From NCBI GenBank assembly GCA_963744145.1, contig CAVUSO010000001.1, forward strand, positions 3,712,001 through 3,776,000: DNA of 64,000 nt. Direction: 5' to 3'. Of this stretch, positions 40,468 to 51,085 are shown piece by piece. Position 1 is the stretch's first letter. Each line of letters starts with the position of its first letter. Made by a program: the position numbers and the translations under genes. The DNA is from an uncultured cyanobacterium (GTDB lineage: Bacteria > Cyanobacteriota > Cyanobacteriia > Cyanobacteriales > CAWUOF01). The notes under the pieces were generated by a model. The model searched no databases and was not told where the DNA came from. It was given only the letters and a program-made list of their open reading frames with translations.

Positions 40468-42708
40468 ATGAATCAACTAGCATTACTCAACGAAATCTCT
40501 AAAAATAATTTTACAGCGCCCTTTATTGCCGATTTTCTGAAAAAATTACCTCAATCAAATGAGTCATTAGGAATTCTGGTTACTTCTGAATATGAAGGGA
40601 TTTCTAAAAACGGTGGAATTGGCACTTACTACGCGACCTTGAGCCAAAAATTAGCAGCAGCAGGTGCATATATTATATTAATTCTCTGTCAAACTCAAGC
40701 AAAATTTCACGGAGAATCGAATATTCCCCATATCCGTCACATATTTTCTACTAACGAAACCGAGGAAGTTTTAAAACTACAGCCACTTCATCGAGCAATT
40801 TTATCCCAGTTTAAATCGGACTGGATAGAATCAGAAAGCTATAAAATTCTCTTTTTGATCCAAGCGATCGCCGCTCATTTTACTAAGTCTATAATTTATA
40901 TAGAATTTCCCGATTTATCTGGACTGGGATATTGCACAATTCAAGCAAAACGTTCAGGTTTGTTAGGAAAAAATTGTCTCACAGCCGTAACAATACACAG
41001 TGGTCAAGAGTGGTTAAATGAAGCAAATGAGAAATATATTATTGAGAACGGACAATGGTTTAGAAATGTTTATAATTATGAACAGTATTCTTTTGAGAAT
41101 GCCGACTTAGCATTTTTCCCATCTGCTTTTATAGAAACAAAAGTCAAAAGTTATGGCTGGAAAACTTCCCATGCACTTCATTTACCCTACTGTGTTCCAA
41201 TTCTCCCTCTCCTCGACAAAAATCGATCCATCTTAACCAAACTTTCCCTAAACCTCAAGCGAGAACAGATCCCAATAGTCTTTTTTGGTCGGTTAGAAGA
41301 AAGAAAAGGACTCCTGACTTTTATTACCGCTATTGGGCAACTAGAAAAGAAAATTAGCCAGTCAATTCACCTGATATTTTTAGGTAAAATTGTGCCACTT
41401 CATAATACCAAAAATCAGCCGCAGAATAGTCAGGAATATATTCAGCAAGAATTGGGAAACAAATTTTCTTACACAATATTATCAGACTTGTTTAGCCAAG
41501 AAGCCACTACTCTAGTCCAGGAACTAGCACCAGCGATTGTTTGTCTGACCAGTTATCAAGACAACTTTCCCAATAGTGCGTTGGAAATGGGACAGTTACC
41601 CGTGAGTTTAGTAGTTGCAAATACGGGGGGATTTCGGGAAACCTTAAAGATGATTGAGCGATCGCAAGGTGTGAGATGGTTTGAACCTGGAAACTCCCAA
41701 TCTCTAGCAGAGGAAATTGCCAACGCGATTGGGAATTATCCTGAAAACCCACCTCTCCCTCAATTGGCGTTTTTAGAACAACTTAATCAATGCTTATTAA
41801 ATCAGCGGCTAGACTATATAAAACTAGCATTTTTTCAAACATCTTCCAGTCACAGTTTTTTATTAGGAATGACATCTTACCAAGAGCAAGTTTTTCTCCA
41901 TGATTATGGCCAAAATGAGTATTCTGGTCAAGGTGAAATCATCGATTTAGGTTGTTGGCTGGGTTCGGCTACAATTTCGATCGCCAAAGGATTAGAAAAA
42001 AATCTGCAAGTAACTGCCAAGAACAAACGGATTCATGCCTATGATCTATTCATTTGGGAACCATCTTATATGGATAGGTGTGTCAAAGGGACTACTCTAG
42101 AAGGCAAATACAAACAAGGAGATAGTTTTTTGGATGAGTTTTTGCACAGAAGTCATCCCTGGAGTCAATTGATTGAAGTTTACCCAGGAGATGTGTTAAA
42201 AATTGGCTGGTCAAAACGCCCAATCGAATACTTATTTATTGATGCTATGAAAACTTGGGAACTAACAAAAAGTATTTTCCTAAATTTTTATCCCCATCTA
42301 ATTCCCATGACTTCCCTAATCCACTATAATGATTTTGCCCATTTTTACACAGCCTGGATTCATCTATTGATTTACAAACTGAGACCCTACTTCAAACACC
42401 ATTGTAATCTCGACCAAGCCGCTGTATTTCAATATGTCAATCCCGTCCCATTTGACACATTACAAATCTACCATGACACTTCTTTTAAGATATTTTCCCA
42501 TGCAGATATTGAGCAAGCTTTTGAATACTCATCAGCCATCGTCACCGAGACATTTCGTCCTAATATTGCGGCTGCAAAAGTAATGGCTTTTTTTCATTGG
42601 GGAGATTTAATACAAGCTAAACAAGAACTAAGTAAAGCCATGGATAATTTTGGTAATATTGACCAAATTAATAACGTAGCAAAAATATTATCTGGGATAT
42701 TTGATTGA
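40468..42708 (+). CDS. GT4 glycosyltransferase + SAM methyltransferase-like domain
   Basis: KNGGIGTY, FFGRLEERKG, DNFPNSALE; C-terminal IIDLGCWLGS, YLFIDA. Confidence 0.85.
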   Translation: MNQLALLNEISKNNFTAPFIADFLKKLPQSNESLGILVTSEYEGISKNGGIGTYYATLSQKLAAAGAYIILILCQTQAKFHGESNIPHIRHIFSTNETEEVLKLQPLHRAILSQFKSDWIESESYKILFLIQAIAAHFTKSIIYIEFPDLSGLGYCTIQAKRSGLLGKNCLTAVTIHSGQEWLNEANEKYIIENGQWFRNVYNYEQYSFENADLAFFPSAFIETKVKSYGWKTSHALHLPYCVPILPLLDKNRSILTKLSLNLKREQIPIVFFGRLEERKGLLTFITAIGQLEKKISQSIHLIFLGKIVPLHNTKNQPQNSQEYIQQELGNKFSYTILSDLFSQEATTLVQELAPAIVCLTSYQDNFPNSALEMGQLPVSLVVANTGGFRETLKMIERSQGVRWFEPGNSQSLAEEIANAIGNYPENPPLPQLAFLEQLNQCLLNQRLDYIKLAFFQTSSSHSFLLGMTSYQEQVFLHDYGQNEYSGQGEIIDLGCWLGSATISIAKGLEKNLQVTAKNKRIHAYDLFIWEPSYMDRCVKGTTLEGKYKQGDSFLDEFLHRSHPWSQLIEVYPGDVLKIGWSKRPIEYLFIDAMKTWELTKSIFLNFYPHLIPMTSLIHYNDFAHFYTAWIHLLIYKLRPYFKHHCNLDQAAVFQYVNPVPFDTLQIYHDTSFKIFSHADIEQAFEYSSAIVTETFRPNIAAAKVMAFFHWGDLIQAKQELSKAMDNFGNIDQINNVAKILSGIFD

Positions 42709-42715
42709 TATTTTT

Positions 42716-45022
42716 ATGAAAATGCCAGCCGAAAATTTAATCTCCTATATTCTCTCTCCTGAGAATTCAGAATTGCGTTTTCTTCCCGATTTTTTAGAGG
42801 GTTTTGATCTCACTCATCAAAAAGTCGCCGTCCTTGCCAGTAACGAATTTGAGGGATTTTCTAAAAACGGTGGTATCGGCACTTATTATACCACATTGAG
42901 CCAAAAATTAGCAGCAGCAGGTTGGTATGTTATCCTCTTACTTTGTCAGAACCAGGATAACTTTCAAGGGAAAGCACAACTACCAAATCTCCATCACATT
43001 TTTTCTACTAGCGAAGTTGAAAAAGTCCTCAATCTTCAACCCATCCACCAAGCAATTTTATCAAAATGCCAAGCCGACTGGCTGATGAAATGGTTTGATT
43101 ATGAAAATTTCTGCTATTTGTTCTTTACTCAAGCCATTGTTGCTACTTTTCCTGAAGCAGTTATTTATCTTGAATTTCCGACAATTTGGGGTTATGGTTA
43201 TCGCACAATTCAAGCCAAAAAATCAGGTATTTTAGGTAATAGTTGTCTGATTGGTGTTACCGATCACGGTGGGTTTGAATGGTTGCGGGAAGTCAATAGT
43301 AAATATATAATAGATAACCCTAAATGGTTTTGGCGGGCTTATCACTACGAACAATATTCTTATGATCATGCTGATTTAGCCTACTTTCCTTCTTACTTTT
43401 TGAAATCAAAAGTAGAAAGCTATGGCTGGAAAACTTCTCATGCTATTCATCTACCTTCTTTTATCCCTTCCTTAGATTTGCCAACAGCAGAAAAAAAACC
43501 AGCAATCAGAATGTCAGTTCCGATTGATGCCAAATTAATCCCACTGGTATTTTTTGGTCGGTTACAGGAGAGAAAAGGACTCTGTACATTTGTAGAAGCC
43601 CTCGAGCAGCTTAACCCCGACATAGCTGAGAAAATTTACATTCTTTTTCTGGGTAGAATTATTCAATTAGAGTCAACTCAGTTGCAAGGTTTGGATAGTC
43701 AGCAATATATTGATAGCAGTTTGTCAGGTAAATTTTCTTACCAGATTTTGTCGGATTTATCCAGCCGAGAAGCCATCGATTTAGTCAGTCAACTCTCGGC
43801 TCCAATTGTCTGTCTTTGCAGCTTACAAGAAAACTTTCCCTATACGGCTTTAGAGATGGGACAGTTAGCCGTGAGTTTAGTAGTTTCTAATACGGGAGGA
43901 TTTCAAGAAACCTTAAATTTAATTGCCAGAACCGATGGGGTACACTGGTTTGAGCCAGAAGACAAATACTCTCTGGTTGATGCTATCAAGGAAGCGATCT
44001 TAGCTTATCCTGAAACGCCAGTCGTTCCTGAGCGCAATTGCTTAGAACAAGTGAATCAAAAATTACTTAACCAAAGGCTTGAATATATGAGTAAAGCATT
44101 TATCCAATCCGCACCAAAAGACACCCAAAATCCCTTGATCACGATTGGTGTGACTTGTTTTATCGATCCGAAAAAATTTTTACATTGCCTCGAAAGTCTA
44201 GCCGTTCAAACTTATCAAAATTTAGAAGTTATTATTCTGTCTGAAACATCCGCTAGTGAATCTATCCAAGCAGCGATCGCTCTGGCGAAGGAGCAATTTC
44301 CGATCTATCAGTTTATCGAACTCAATCTTACTAAAAGTTTAGGAGCGGCTTATAATCAGTTAGTAGCAATGGCAAAGGGAAAATATTTTTTGCAATTTAC
44401 CTCCGATCACATCGCCCTACCTGTGATGGTGGAAAAATTAGTGACAGCAGCTTGTGCATCTGATCCTGTAGCGGTGGTATGTCCAGACATGAAATTAGAC
44501 CAAGACTTGACAGTAATCAACTTGACTGATGGTTCTTTACTCCAGATCTTGGAATTTAATCAAACCCAGGATTTGTGCGCTCTATTTGCCCTGGATTGGT
44601 TGCGAGAGTTTCCCTATTGTGAGGTCAGAGATTTACTAGCTTTAAATTGGCAGATTTTAGCCGCTGCGATCGCCACTGGTCAAGAGATTGCCTACTATCC
44701 CTATCCCCTGTATCTCTCCGACCCCTATTCAGCTTTCGCGATTAACCCGACAAAATTCCCCAAAGAGCGGTATTATTTGCGTCAATACTTATCTCAAATC
44801 GAGGCTGCTCGATGGACTCAACGCCAACTTAATCTTCTCCTCACTTGTGTGGAGCAACTTTGGCAATCGGAGCAAGATAAAAAGCGCTACCAAGCTTTAG
44901 CATCTCAATCCCAAGCTTGGATACAAACAGCACTAGAAACCCAAGACGAACTTGACTTACTCCAAGTGGAACTGCAACAGACACAAGCAGTATTAAAATC
45001 TATTGAAAAGAGTCAGGTTTGA
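42716..45022 (+). CDS. GT4 + degenerate GT2 glycosyltransferase with coiled-coil tail
   Basis: Paralogous GT4 (KNGGIGTY, FFGRLQERKG, ENFPYTALE); PLITIGVT..CLESLAVQTYQNLEVII. Confidence 0.85.
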   Translation: MKMPAENLISYILSPENSELRFLPDFLEGFDLTHQKVAVLASNEFEGFSKNGGIGTYYTTLSQKLAAAGWYVILLLCQNQDNFQGKAQLPNLHHIFSTSEVEKVLNLQPIHQAILSKCQADWLMKWFDYENFCYLFFTQAIVATFPEAVIYLEFPTIWGYGYRTIQAKKSGILGNSCLIGVTDHGGFEWLREVNSKYIIDNPKWFWRAYHYEQYSYDHADLAYFPSYFLKSKVESYGWKTSHAIHLPSFIPSLDLPTAEKKPAIRMSVPIDAKLIPLVFFGRLQERKGLCTFVEALEQLNPDIAEKIYILFLGRIIQLESTQLQGLDSQQYIDSSLSGKFSYQILSDLSSREAIDLVSQLSAPIVCLCSLQENFPYTALEMGQLAVSLVVSNTGGFQETLNLIARTDGVHWFEPEDKYSLVDAIKEAILAYPETPVVPERNCLEQVNQKLLNQRLEYMSKAFIQSAPKDTQNPLITIGVTCFIDPKKFLHCLESLAVQTYQNLEVIILSETSASESIQAAIALAKEQFPIYQFIELNLTKSLGAAYNQLVAMAKGKYFLQFTSDHIALPVMVEKLVTAACASDPVAVVCPDMKLDQDLTVINLTDGSLLQILEFNQTQDLCALFALDWLREFPYCEVRDLLALNWQILAAAIATGQEIAYYPYPLYLSDPYSAFAINPTKFPKERYYLRQYLSQIEAARWTQRQLNLLLTCVEQLWQSEQDKKRYQALASQSQAWIQTALETQDELDLLQVELQQTQAVLKSIEKSQV

Positions 45023-45072
45023 CATACCCTACTAAACTTATAATTAAGCTACGTCTCGTTAAGAAATAACCT

Positions 45073-45678
45073 ATGACCTACACCCCATCCAAACTACTTA
45101 GTTTCAGCGAGTTTATCGCCCAATACGGGGATAATACAAAGTATGAACTCATGGACGGAGAACTCAGAGAGATGGAACCTACTGGTCCTCATGAAGCGGT
45201 GGCAGGGAGTATTGCTGGTAGAATTTATGTGGAAATTTTTCGTACTAATTGCAATTGGTTGGTGCCAAAAACTTGTTTGATCAAGCCCATATACGCTGAA
45301 GCTACAGCACTACGTCCTGACGTAATTGTTTTAGATCAAACCGAACTTGGTAATGAAACTCTTTGGCAAAAAGAACCAGTGATTTGTAAAGGTAATACCA
45401 TTAAGCTTGTGGCTGAAGTGGTCAGCACTAATTGGCAAGATGATTATGCCAGAAAAGTGGAAGAATACGCTTTTTTGAATATCCCAGAATATTGGATTGT
45501 GGACTTTCGGGGCTTGGGTGGTTGGCAATTTATCGGCAATCCCAAGCAACCTACTTTCACCATCTGTCAGTTAGTTAATGGGGTGTACCAACAGCAACAA
45601 TATCGCTTGGGAGAACCGATTTCTTCTTTCCTGTTTCCAAATTTACAATTGCGACTCGACGATATTATGCCAACCTGA
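45073..45678 (+). CDS. Uma2 family endonuclease
   Basis: YELMDG, RPDVIV, LVAEVVS, IPEYWIVD. Confidence 0.9.
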   Translation: MTYTPSKLLSFSEFIAQYGDNTKYELMDGELREMEPTGPHEAVAGSIAGRIYVEIFRTNCNWLVPKTCLIKPIYAEATALRPDVIVLDQTELGNETLWQKEPVICKGNTIKLVAEVVSTNWQDDYARKVEEYAFLNIPEYWIVDFRGLGGWQFIGNPKQPTFTICQLVNGVYQQQQYRLGEPISSFLFPNLQLRLDDIMPT

Positions 45679-45784
45679 AACTCATCCACAATTAAATTAG
45701 CAGTCTAGACTTGCAAATATTACTGTAAAGTCAGAATACGTACTATAGTATTGGTTAAGTTTATTTGAGTCTTAGGTTAAATTT

Positions 45785-47269
45785 ATGCGTCGATTCTGCC
45801 TGGGGTTAATTTGTTTGCTCCTTTTATGTAGTTGTACCTTACTTGCCCCTCCTTTCTCTTTGAATAAAACCCTAACCATTGCAACTGACCCAGTTTTTCC
45901 TCCCTTTGAGTTTGAGTCATCAGATGGAAAAGTTCAGGGATTCGATCTTGACTTGATCCAAGCGATCGCGAGGGAAGCTAATTTTCAATTTAAGATTGCA
46001 AATTTACCATTTGAGGGGCTAATTCCAGCTTTACAAGCAGGAAAAATTGATCTTGCCATTAGTAATATAGCGATTACTTCTGAACGACAAAAAACTGTTG
46101 ATTTTTCCCAGCCTTATTTTCCCTCTAGATTAGCTATGGCTGTGGCTAGTAATAATAACAGTATTACTAATATAGACGATCTCAAAAATCAAAAAGTTGC
46201 TGTGGCACTTGGCACAGTAGGTGCGGTTTTTGCTAAACAGATACCTGGGGCGATTATTACTACATTTGATTCATTTTATCTGACTATCCAAGCACTACTT
46301 AATGGTAATGTAGCCGCGACAATCCATGATGATCCTGTACTTCGTTATGCGATCAAACGTGCGAATATCCAAGAGATAAAAGTAATTGATAAACCACTAA
46401 ATAAAGGCTATTATTATGGAATTGCCACTCCCAAAAATTCAATCTATTTAGCGAAAATTAATCAAGCTCTGAATGAAATTATTGAAAATGGCATTTATAC
46501 TGAGCTCTATCATAAATGGTTTGATGGTGAACCGCCAAAACTACCGATTGACGCGATCGCTAAGTCCAGCAATTTAACTCCAGAAATTTCGCCTCTTCAA
46601 ATTATTCTCCCTGCTTTACCACTCCTATTTCAAGGAGTTTTAGTCACGCTTTTCCTCACCATTAGTTCCATTATTATCGGTACAATTAGTGGTTCGCTGA
46701 TTGGAATACTTCGTCTATCCCCGTATGGGTTTTTAAGTTTTATTGCCCGGAGCTACATAGATTTTTTTCGGGGGACACCTTTATTAGTCCAAATTTTTAT
46801 GATTTACTTTGGCTTACCTGCATTAGCCCAAAGTTTTGATTTACCAATTACTTTAGCAAGATTACCATCAGCAATTATGGCACTTAGTCTGAATTGCGCT
46901 GCTTATATTGCCGAAATTGTCCGGGGTGGGATTCAATCAATCGATCGAGGACAAACCGAAGCAGCAAAATCTTTAGGTTTAAATCCAGTCCAGACTGTAT
47001 ATCATATCATCTTTCCTCAAGCATTTCGACGAATGCTCCCACCTTTAGGAAATCAATTTATTACAGTCCTAAAAGATACTAGCTTAGTTGCAGTGATTGG
47101 ATTTGAGGAATTATTTCGACATGGACAATTGATTGTTGCTGATAACTATCGCTCTTTTGAAATTTATACAACGGTAGCCTTAATTTATTTATGCTTGACG
47201 ATTGTAGCTTCCCAAGTATTTAGCTTTTGGGAAAAATTGATGAACCCGATTAAAAAATTAGATCAATAA
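45785..47269 (+). CDS. Polar amino-acid ABC transporter, fused substrate-binding + permease
   Basis: PPFEF, GFDLDL, FRGTPLLVQ, AYIAEIVRGGIQSIDRGQTEAA. Confidence 0.92.
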   Translation: MRRFCLGLICLLLLCSCTLLAPPFSLNKTLTIATDPVFPPFEFESSDGKVQGFDLDLIQAIAREANFQFKIANLPFEGLIPALQAGKIDLAISNIAITSERQKTVDFSQPYFPSRLAMAVASNNNSITNIDDLKNQKVAVALGTVGAVFAKQIPGAIITTFDSFYLTIQALLNGNVAATIHDDPVLRYAIKRANIQEIKVIDKPLNKGYYYGIATPKNSIYLAKINQALNEIIENGIYTELYHKWFDGEPPKLPIDAIAKSSNLTPEISPLQIILPALPLLFQGVLVTLFLTISSIIIGTISGSLIGILRLSPYGFLSFIARSYIDFFRGTPLLVQIFMIYFGLPALAQSFDLPITLARLPSAIMALSLNCAAYIAEIVRGGIQSIDRGQTEAAKSLGLNPVQTVYHIIFPQAFRRMLPPLGNQFITVLKDTSLVAVIGFEELFRHGQLIVADNYRSFEIYTTVALIYLCLTIVASQVFSFWEKLMNPIKKLDQ

Positions 47270-47356
47270 AGGTAGGAACATTTTTCCAGGATTATTTAGC
47301 AAAAAAACTCGCTAAGATGAGCTAAAATAATTAAACCTAAAAGAGACCAGGTAGCT

Positions 47357-48466
47357 ATGAAAGTAAAAGCAGCAGTTGCCCATAGTGCTAAACAACCCTT
47401 AACCATAGAAATGGTAGATTTAGCAGGACCAAAAGCAGGTGAAGTTTTAGTAGAAATTAAAGCGACAGGAGTATGTCATACCGATGCTTATACTCTGTCT
47501 GGAGCTGATCCAGAAGGACTATTTCCAGTAATTTTAGGACATGAAGGTGCAGGAATAGTAGTAGAAGTTGGAGCAGAAGTAAAAACTCTGCAAGTCGGAG
47601 ACCATGTAATTCCTCTATATATACCAGAGTGTCGTCAATGTAAATTCTGTCTTTCTGGTAAAACCAATTTATGTCAAGCAATTCGCGAAACCCAAGGAAG
47701 GGGAGTAATGCCCGATGGCACTAGCCGTTTTAGTTTAAATGGCAAAATGCTATATCATTATATGGGAACTTCTACTTTCGCTAATTATACAGTAGTGCCA
47801 GAAATTGCCTTAGCCAAGATTGCCAAAGCAGCACCTTTTGAAAAAGTTTGTCTAATTGGGTGTGGTGTAACTACAGGAATTGGTGCTGTTATTAATACAG
47901 CCAAAGTCCAAGCTGGGGATAATGTGGTAGTATTTGGTTTAGGTGGAGTGGGTTTAAATGTAATTCAAGGTGCCCGATTAGTTGGTGCTAATATGATTAT
48001 TGGGGTAGATATTAACTTAGAAAAAAAAGCGATCGCCGAGAAATTTGGGATGACACATTTCGTTAATCCCCAGGAAATCCAAGGTGATCTAGTTCCCTAT
48101 TTAGTAAACCTAACCGATGGTGGTGCAGATTTTGCTTTTGAATCAATTGGTAATGTCAAAGTCATGCGTCAAGCTTTAGAGTGTTGTCATAAAGGTTGGG
48201 GAACTTGTATCATAATTGGTGTAGCAGGTGCTGGGGAAGAGATTGCTACTCGTCCCTTCCAATTAGTAACTGGACGTACTTGGAAAGGAAGTGCTTTTGG
48301 AGGTGCAAAAGGAAGGAGAGATGTGCCGAAAATTGTTGATTGGTATCTCAATGGTAAGATTATCCTAGACGAGCTAGTTAGTGAAATTATCCCGATTGAT
48401 GAGATTAACCAAGCTTTCGATTTAATGGGTAGAGGTAAGACCATCCGTAGTGTAATTACATTTTGA
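47357..48466 (+). CDS. frmA: S-(hydroxymethyl)glutathione dehydrogenase / class III alcohol dehydrogenase
   Basis: [41 protein letters not shown]. Confidence 0.95.
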   Translation: MKVKAAVAHSAKQPLTIEMVDLAGPKAGEVLVEIKATGVCHTDAYTLSGADPEGLFPVILGHEGAGIVVEVGAEVKTLQVGDHVIPLYIPECRQCKFCLSGKTNLCQAIRETQGRGVMPDGTSRFSLNGKMLYHYMGTSTFANYTVVPEIALAKIAKAAPFEKVCLIGCGVTTGIGAVINTAKVQAGDNVVVFGLGGVGLNVIQGARLVGANMIIGVDINLEKKAIAEKFGMTHFVNPQEIQGDLVPYLVNLTDGGADFAFESIGNVKVMRQALECCHKGWGTCIIIGVAGAGEEIATRPFQLVTGRTWKGSAFGGAKGRRDVPKIVDWYLNGKIILDELVSEIIPIDEINQAFDLMGRGKTIRSVITF

Positions 48467-48523
48467 GTTAGCTTACCATTGATATATACTAACTTATATA
48501 TTCCTTATTTACTATTAGCAAAG

Positions 48524-48868
48524 ATGAAAATTTTGTTGAAATTGTCCTTGCTTACAAGTCTCCTGCTGGTTTCCGAAAATGCTTTCAGCCAACCAGAATT
48601 TCTACCGAACGATCCCAAACGTCCAGTTGATAAAATTAGTCACGATCTCAATATAGAGTCGCGACAGTTCGTCCAATGTTTTGAAAATGTTCACCCAGCA
48701 GAACCAGGTACAAGACCAACATCTGAGCGGGTACATAGTAACAAGATGGTGTTACTAAGCTGTCTACAAAAAGCAAACCCGGATATCACGAACAATAAGT
48801 TGGATGAGGTGATGGACAGATACCGACCAGGAGGTCATGAAGCACAAGAACCGATAGACCATCTGTAG
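48524..48868 (+). CDS. Small secreted hypothetical protein
   Basis: Signal peptide MKILLKLSLL...AFS; two Cys. Confidence 0.65.
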   Translation: MKILLKLSLLTSLLLVSENAFSQPEFLPNDPKRPVDKISHDLNIESRQFVQCFENVHPAEPGTRPTSERVHSNKMVLLSCLQKANPDITNNKLDEVMDRYRPGGHEAQEPIDHL

Positions 48869-49236
48869 TCATAATTACAAGAATTGGTGTAATTTGCTCA
48901 GGTAGATAGCCTGATCGCTAAACAAGAGAATCAATTTCTTAAGAATTTCTGTTATTTTCAGGACAAAAAGTCACCAAGTGCAACTTTTCGGCTTTTTAGC
49001 AAGGTTTTCGCCTCATTAATGGGACATTGTCCATCTTGACGAGAAGGTAAAGTTAAGCAAAACTAACTCTATGCTGATATTACACTTCAGCATAAAATAA
49101 GTTTTGTTACGTTTTATATCACAATAAATTTATTGGCCAGCATCTAAGCCAGTCGATAAAGAACTTTCGACCTCGTGATCAGGGACATTGACCTGATCGC
49201 TATCTAGTTAGGATTAGCCAACTTTCAAAGAAAAGC

Positions 49237-49446
49237 ATGGAAACCCTAGAGTTTGTGATTTATCCAGATGGCAGAGTACAGGAAAAAGTAACTGGTATTT
49301 CCGGTGCTTCCTGTGCTGAAGTGACAGCTGCAATTGAAGCCCAGCTTGGTCAAGTGCTGAGTCAGGAAATAACATCCGAATTTTTTGCCGCAGAAATTAA
49401 CCCCTCTGTGGCTACAGTTACCCAAGCAACTTGGAGCGAGTGGTAA
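49237..49446 (+). CDS. DUF2997 domain protein
   Basis: METLEFVIYPDGRVQEKVTG..GASC. Confidence 0.9.
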   Translation: METLEFVIYPDGRVQEKVTGISGASCAEVTAAIEAQLGQVLSQEITSEFFAAEINPSVATVTQATWSEW

Positions 49447-49486
49447 ATTTTGTCCATTTAGTGTAAACAGTTCTCCAAAGGTCACT

Positions 49487-49873
49487 ATGTCTCATTTCAG
49501 CAACATCAAAACCCAAATTCGTAACTTGTCTTCCTTAGAAGCTGCTTTGACAGATTTAGGAATTAACTGGAAATCTGGTCCTCACCCAGTCCGGGGTTAT
49601 CGCGGTCAAACTCAAACCGCAGAAGTAGTCATTGAACAAGAAAATGGCTATGATATCGGCTTTAGTTGGAATGGTCAAGAATACGAATTCGTTTCTGATT
49701 TACAATACTGGCAGCAAAATGGCTCGGTAGACCGCTTTCTGAATCGGATCACCCAAAGCTATGCCTATCATACAGTGGTCAATGAAACCACTAAACAAGG
49801 ATTCCAAGTTGCTGAACAACAAAAAAATGAAGATGGTTCTATTCGTTTAGTTCTACAACGTTGGAGCGCATAA
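49487..49873 (+). CDS. DUF1257 (Ycf35-like) protein
   Basis: MSHFSNIKTQIR, DIGFSWNG, DLQYWQQ; start corrected to the ATG at 49487. Confidence 0.9.
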   Translation: MSHFSNIKTQIRNLSSLEAALTDLGINWKSGPHPVRGYRGQTQTAEVVIEQENGYDIGFSWNGQEYEFVSDLQYWQQNGSVDRFLNRITQSYAYHTVVNETTKQGFQVAEQQKNEDGSIRLVLQRWSA

Positions 49874-50337
49874 TGTCTGATGTTCCTGGATCTGTAACTA
49901 ATCAGGAGCAGAATCCAGAGCGATCGCCCAAGCAACCCACGGGTTTAGAACCTGAACTCGGAGGGATCTGGAGAAATTCCCCTGATCGTTCTGGGTTGGA
50001 ACCGGAATTAGGTGGTGCGTTCCGTCAAAAGGGTGTCTATGTGGATGAACTAACTTGCATTGGTTGTAAGCATTGTTCCCACGTAGCCCGTAATACTTTT
50101 TACATTGAACCAGACTATGGTCGTTCGCGGGTGGTTCGTCAAGATGGCGATCGGGAAGATCTAATTCAAGAAGCGATCGACACTTGTCCAGTGGATTGTA
50201 TTCATTGGGTAGATTACACTGAACTTAAACATCTTGAACAAGAGCGTAAACACCAAGTAATTCCTGTAGTCGGTTTTCCGATTAGCGCAGAAATGGCTCA
50301 CCGTCGGATTCAGAAAGCAAAATATCAGCACCAGTAA
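49873..50337 (+). CDS. Ferredoxin (4Fe-4S/3Fe-4S type)
   Basis: CIGCKHC and CPVDCIHW; TAATG coupling to the upstream gene. Confidence 0.9.
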   Translation: MSDVPGSVTNQEQNPERSPKQPTGLEPELGGIWRNSPDRSGLEPELGGAFRQKGVYVDELTCIGCKHCSHVARNTFYIEPDYGRSRVVRQDGDREDLIQEAIDTCPVDCIHWVDYTELKHLEQERKHQVIPVVGFPISAEMAHRRIQKAKYQHQ

Positions 50338-50365
50338 TGGGAGTAAATTATTTTCTTTCTTGGAA

Positions 50366-50394
50366 AAAAAGGGCTGGATTGAACAGCCCTTTTT
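50366..50394. terminator. Bidirectional rho-independent terminator
   Basis: AAAAAGGGCTG-gattgaa-CAGCCCTTTTT between convergent genes. Confidence 0.8.
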
Positions 50395-50400
50395 AATTAG

Positions 50401-51084
50401 TTAGTTTGATAAAATCGAAAGTAGCCATAATTGGAGCTGAACATCCCAACCGGAAAGAATCGCGATCGCTGTTAATGATACCATGACCCCTCCAATGCGT
50501 TGTAACATCACTGTATGGGAGCGAAGATTAAGAATTTGTTGGCTAAAAAAACGACTTCCATAAGCGATCGCTAACATTGGTAATGCAGCTCCAATCCCAT
50601 AAATGATCAAGAGGATAAATGCGGAGATCATTGCTTGATTAGATGCAGCTAAAACGAGAATACTAGCTAAAATTGGTCCAGCACAAGGAGTCCAAACTAA
50701 ACCTAATTGAGTACCTAAGCAGAATTCACCCATTAGTCCGATCGGAATAATTTTTTCTAGTCGATGATCGATTTGAATATAACTAAAGAGACGATAGCTC
50801 AATTTCGGAAAAATTGACAGTATTCCCAGACACAACAGTAAGACGATCGCAAATTTATGTAAGCTACTCGACAATCCAATAAACCAACTAGCTGTTATTC
50901 CTAATAGACTACCTGTGACTGCAAAACCTGTAATTAATCCACTCACTAAAGCGATCGGTCCCCAGGGATGAGAATTGAGGGAACGACCAATGATAATGGG
51001 TAAAATTGGTAAAATACAAGGGGAAAAAACTGTCAAAATTCCGGCTAATAGGGCTAACCAAACTGATATATTAGAAATGTTCAT
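50401..51084 (-). CDS. CcdA/DsbD-family transmembrane thiol-disulfide transporter
   Basis: SPCILPILP and WTPCAGPIL motifs. Confidence 0.9.
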   Translation of the reverse strand: MNISNISVWLALLAGILTVFSPCILPILPIIIGRSLNSHPWGPIALVSGLITGFAVTGSLLGITASWFIGLSSSLHKFAIVLLLCLGILSIFPKLSYRLFSYIQIDHRLEKIIPIGLMGEFCLGTQLGLVWTPCAGPILASILVLAASNQAMISAFILLIIYGIGAALPMLAIAYGSRFFSQQILNLRSHTVMLQRIGGVMVSLTAIAILSGWDVQLQLWLLSILSN

Positions 51085-51085
51085 C

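Noticed and set aside
48870..49236. Riboswitch or sRNA upstream of DUF2997
   Set aside because: Short palindromes are present but match no family I can support.
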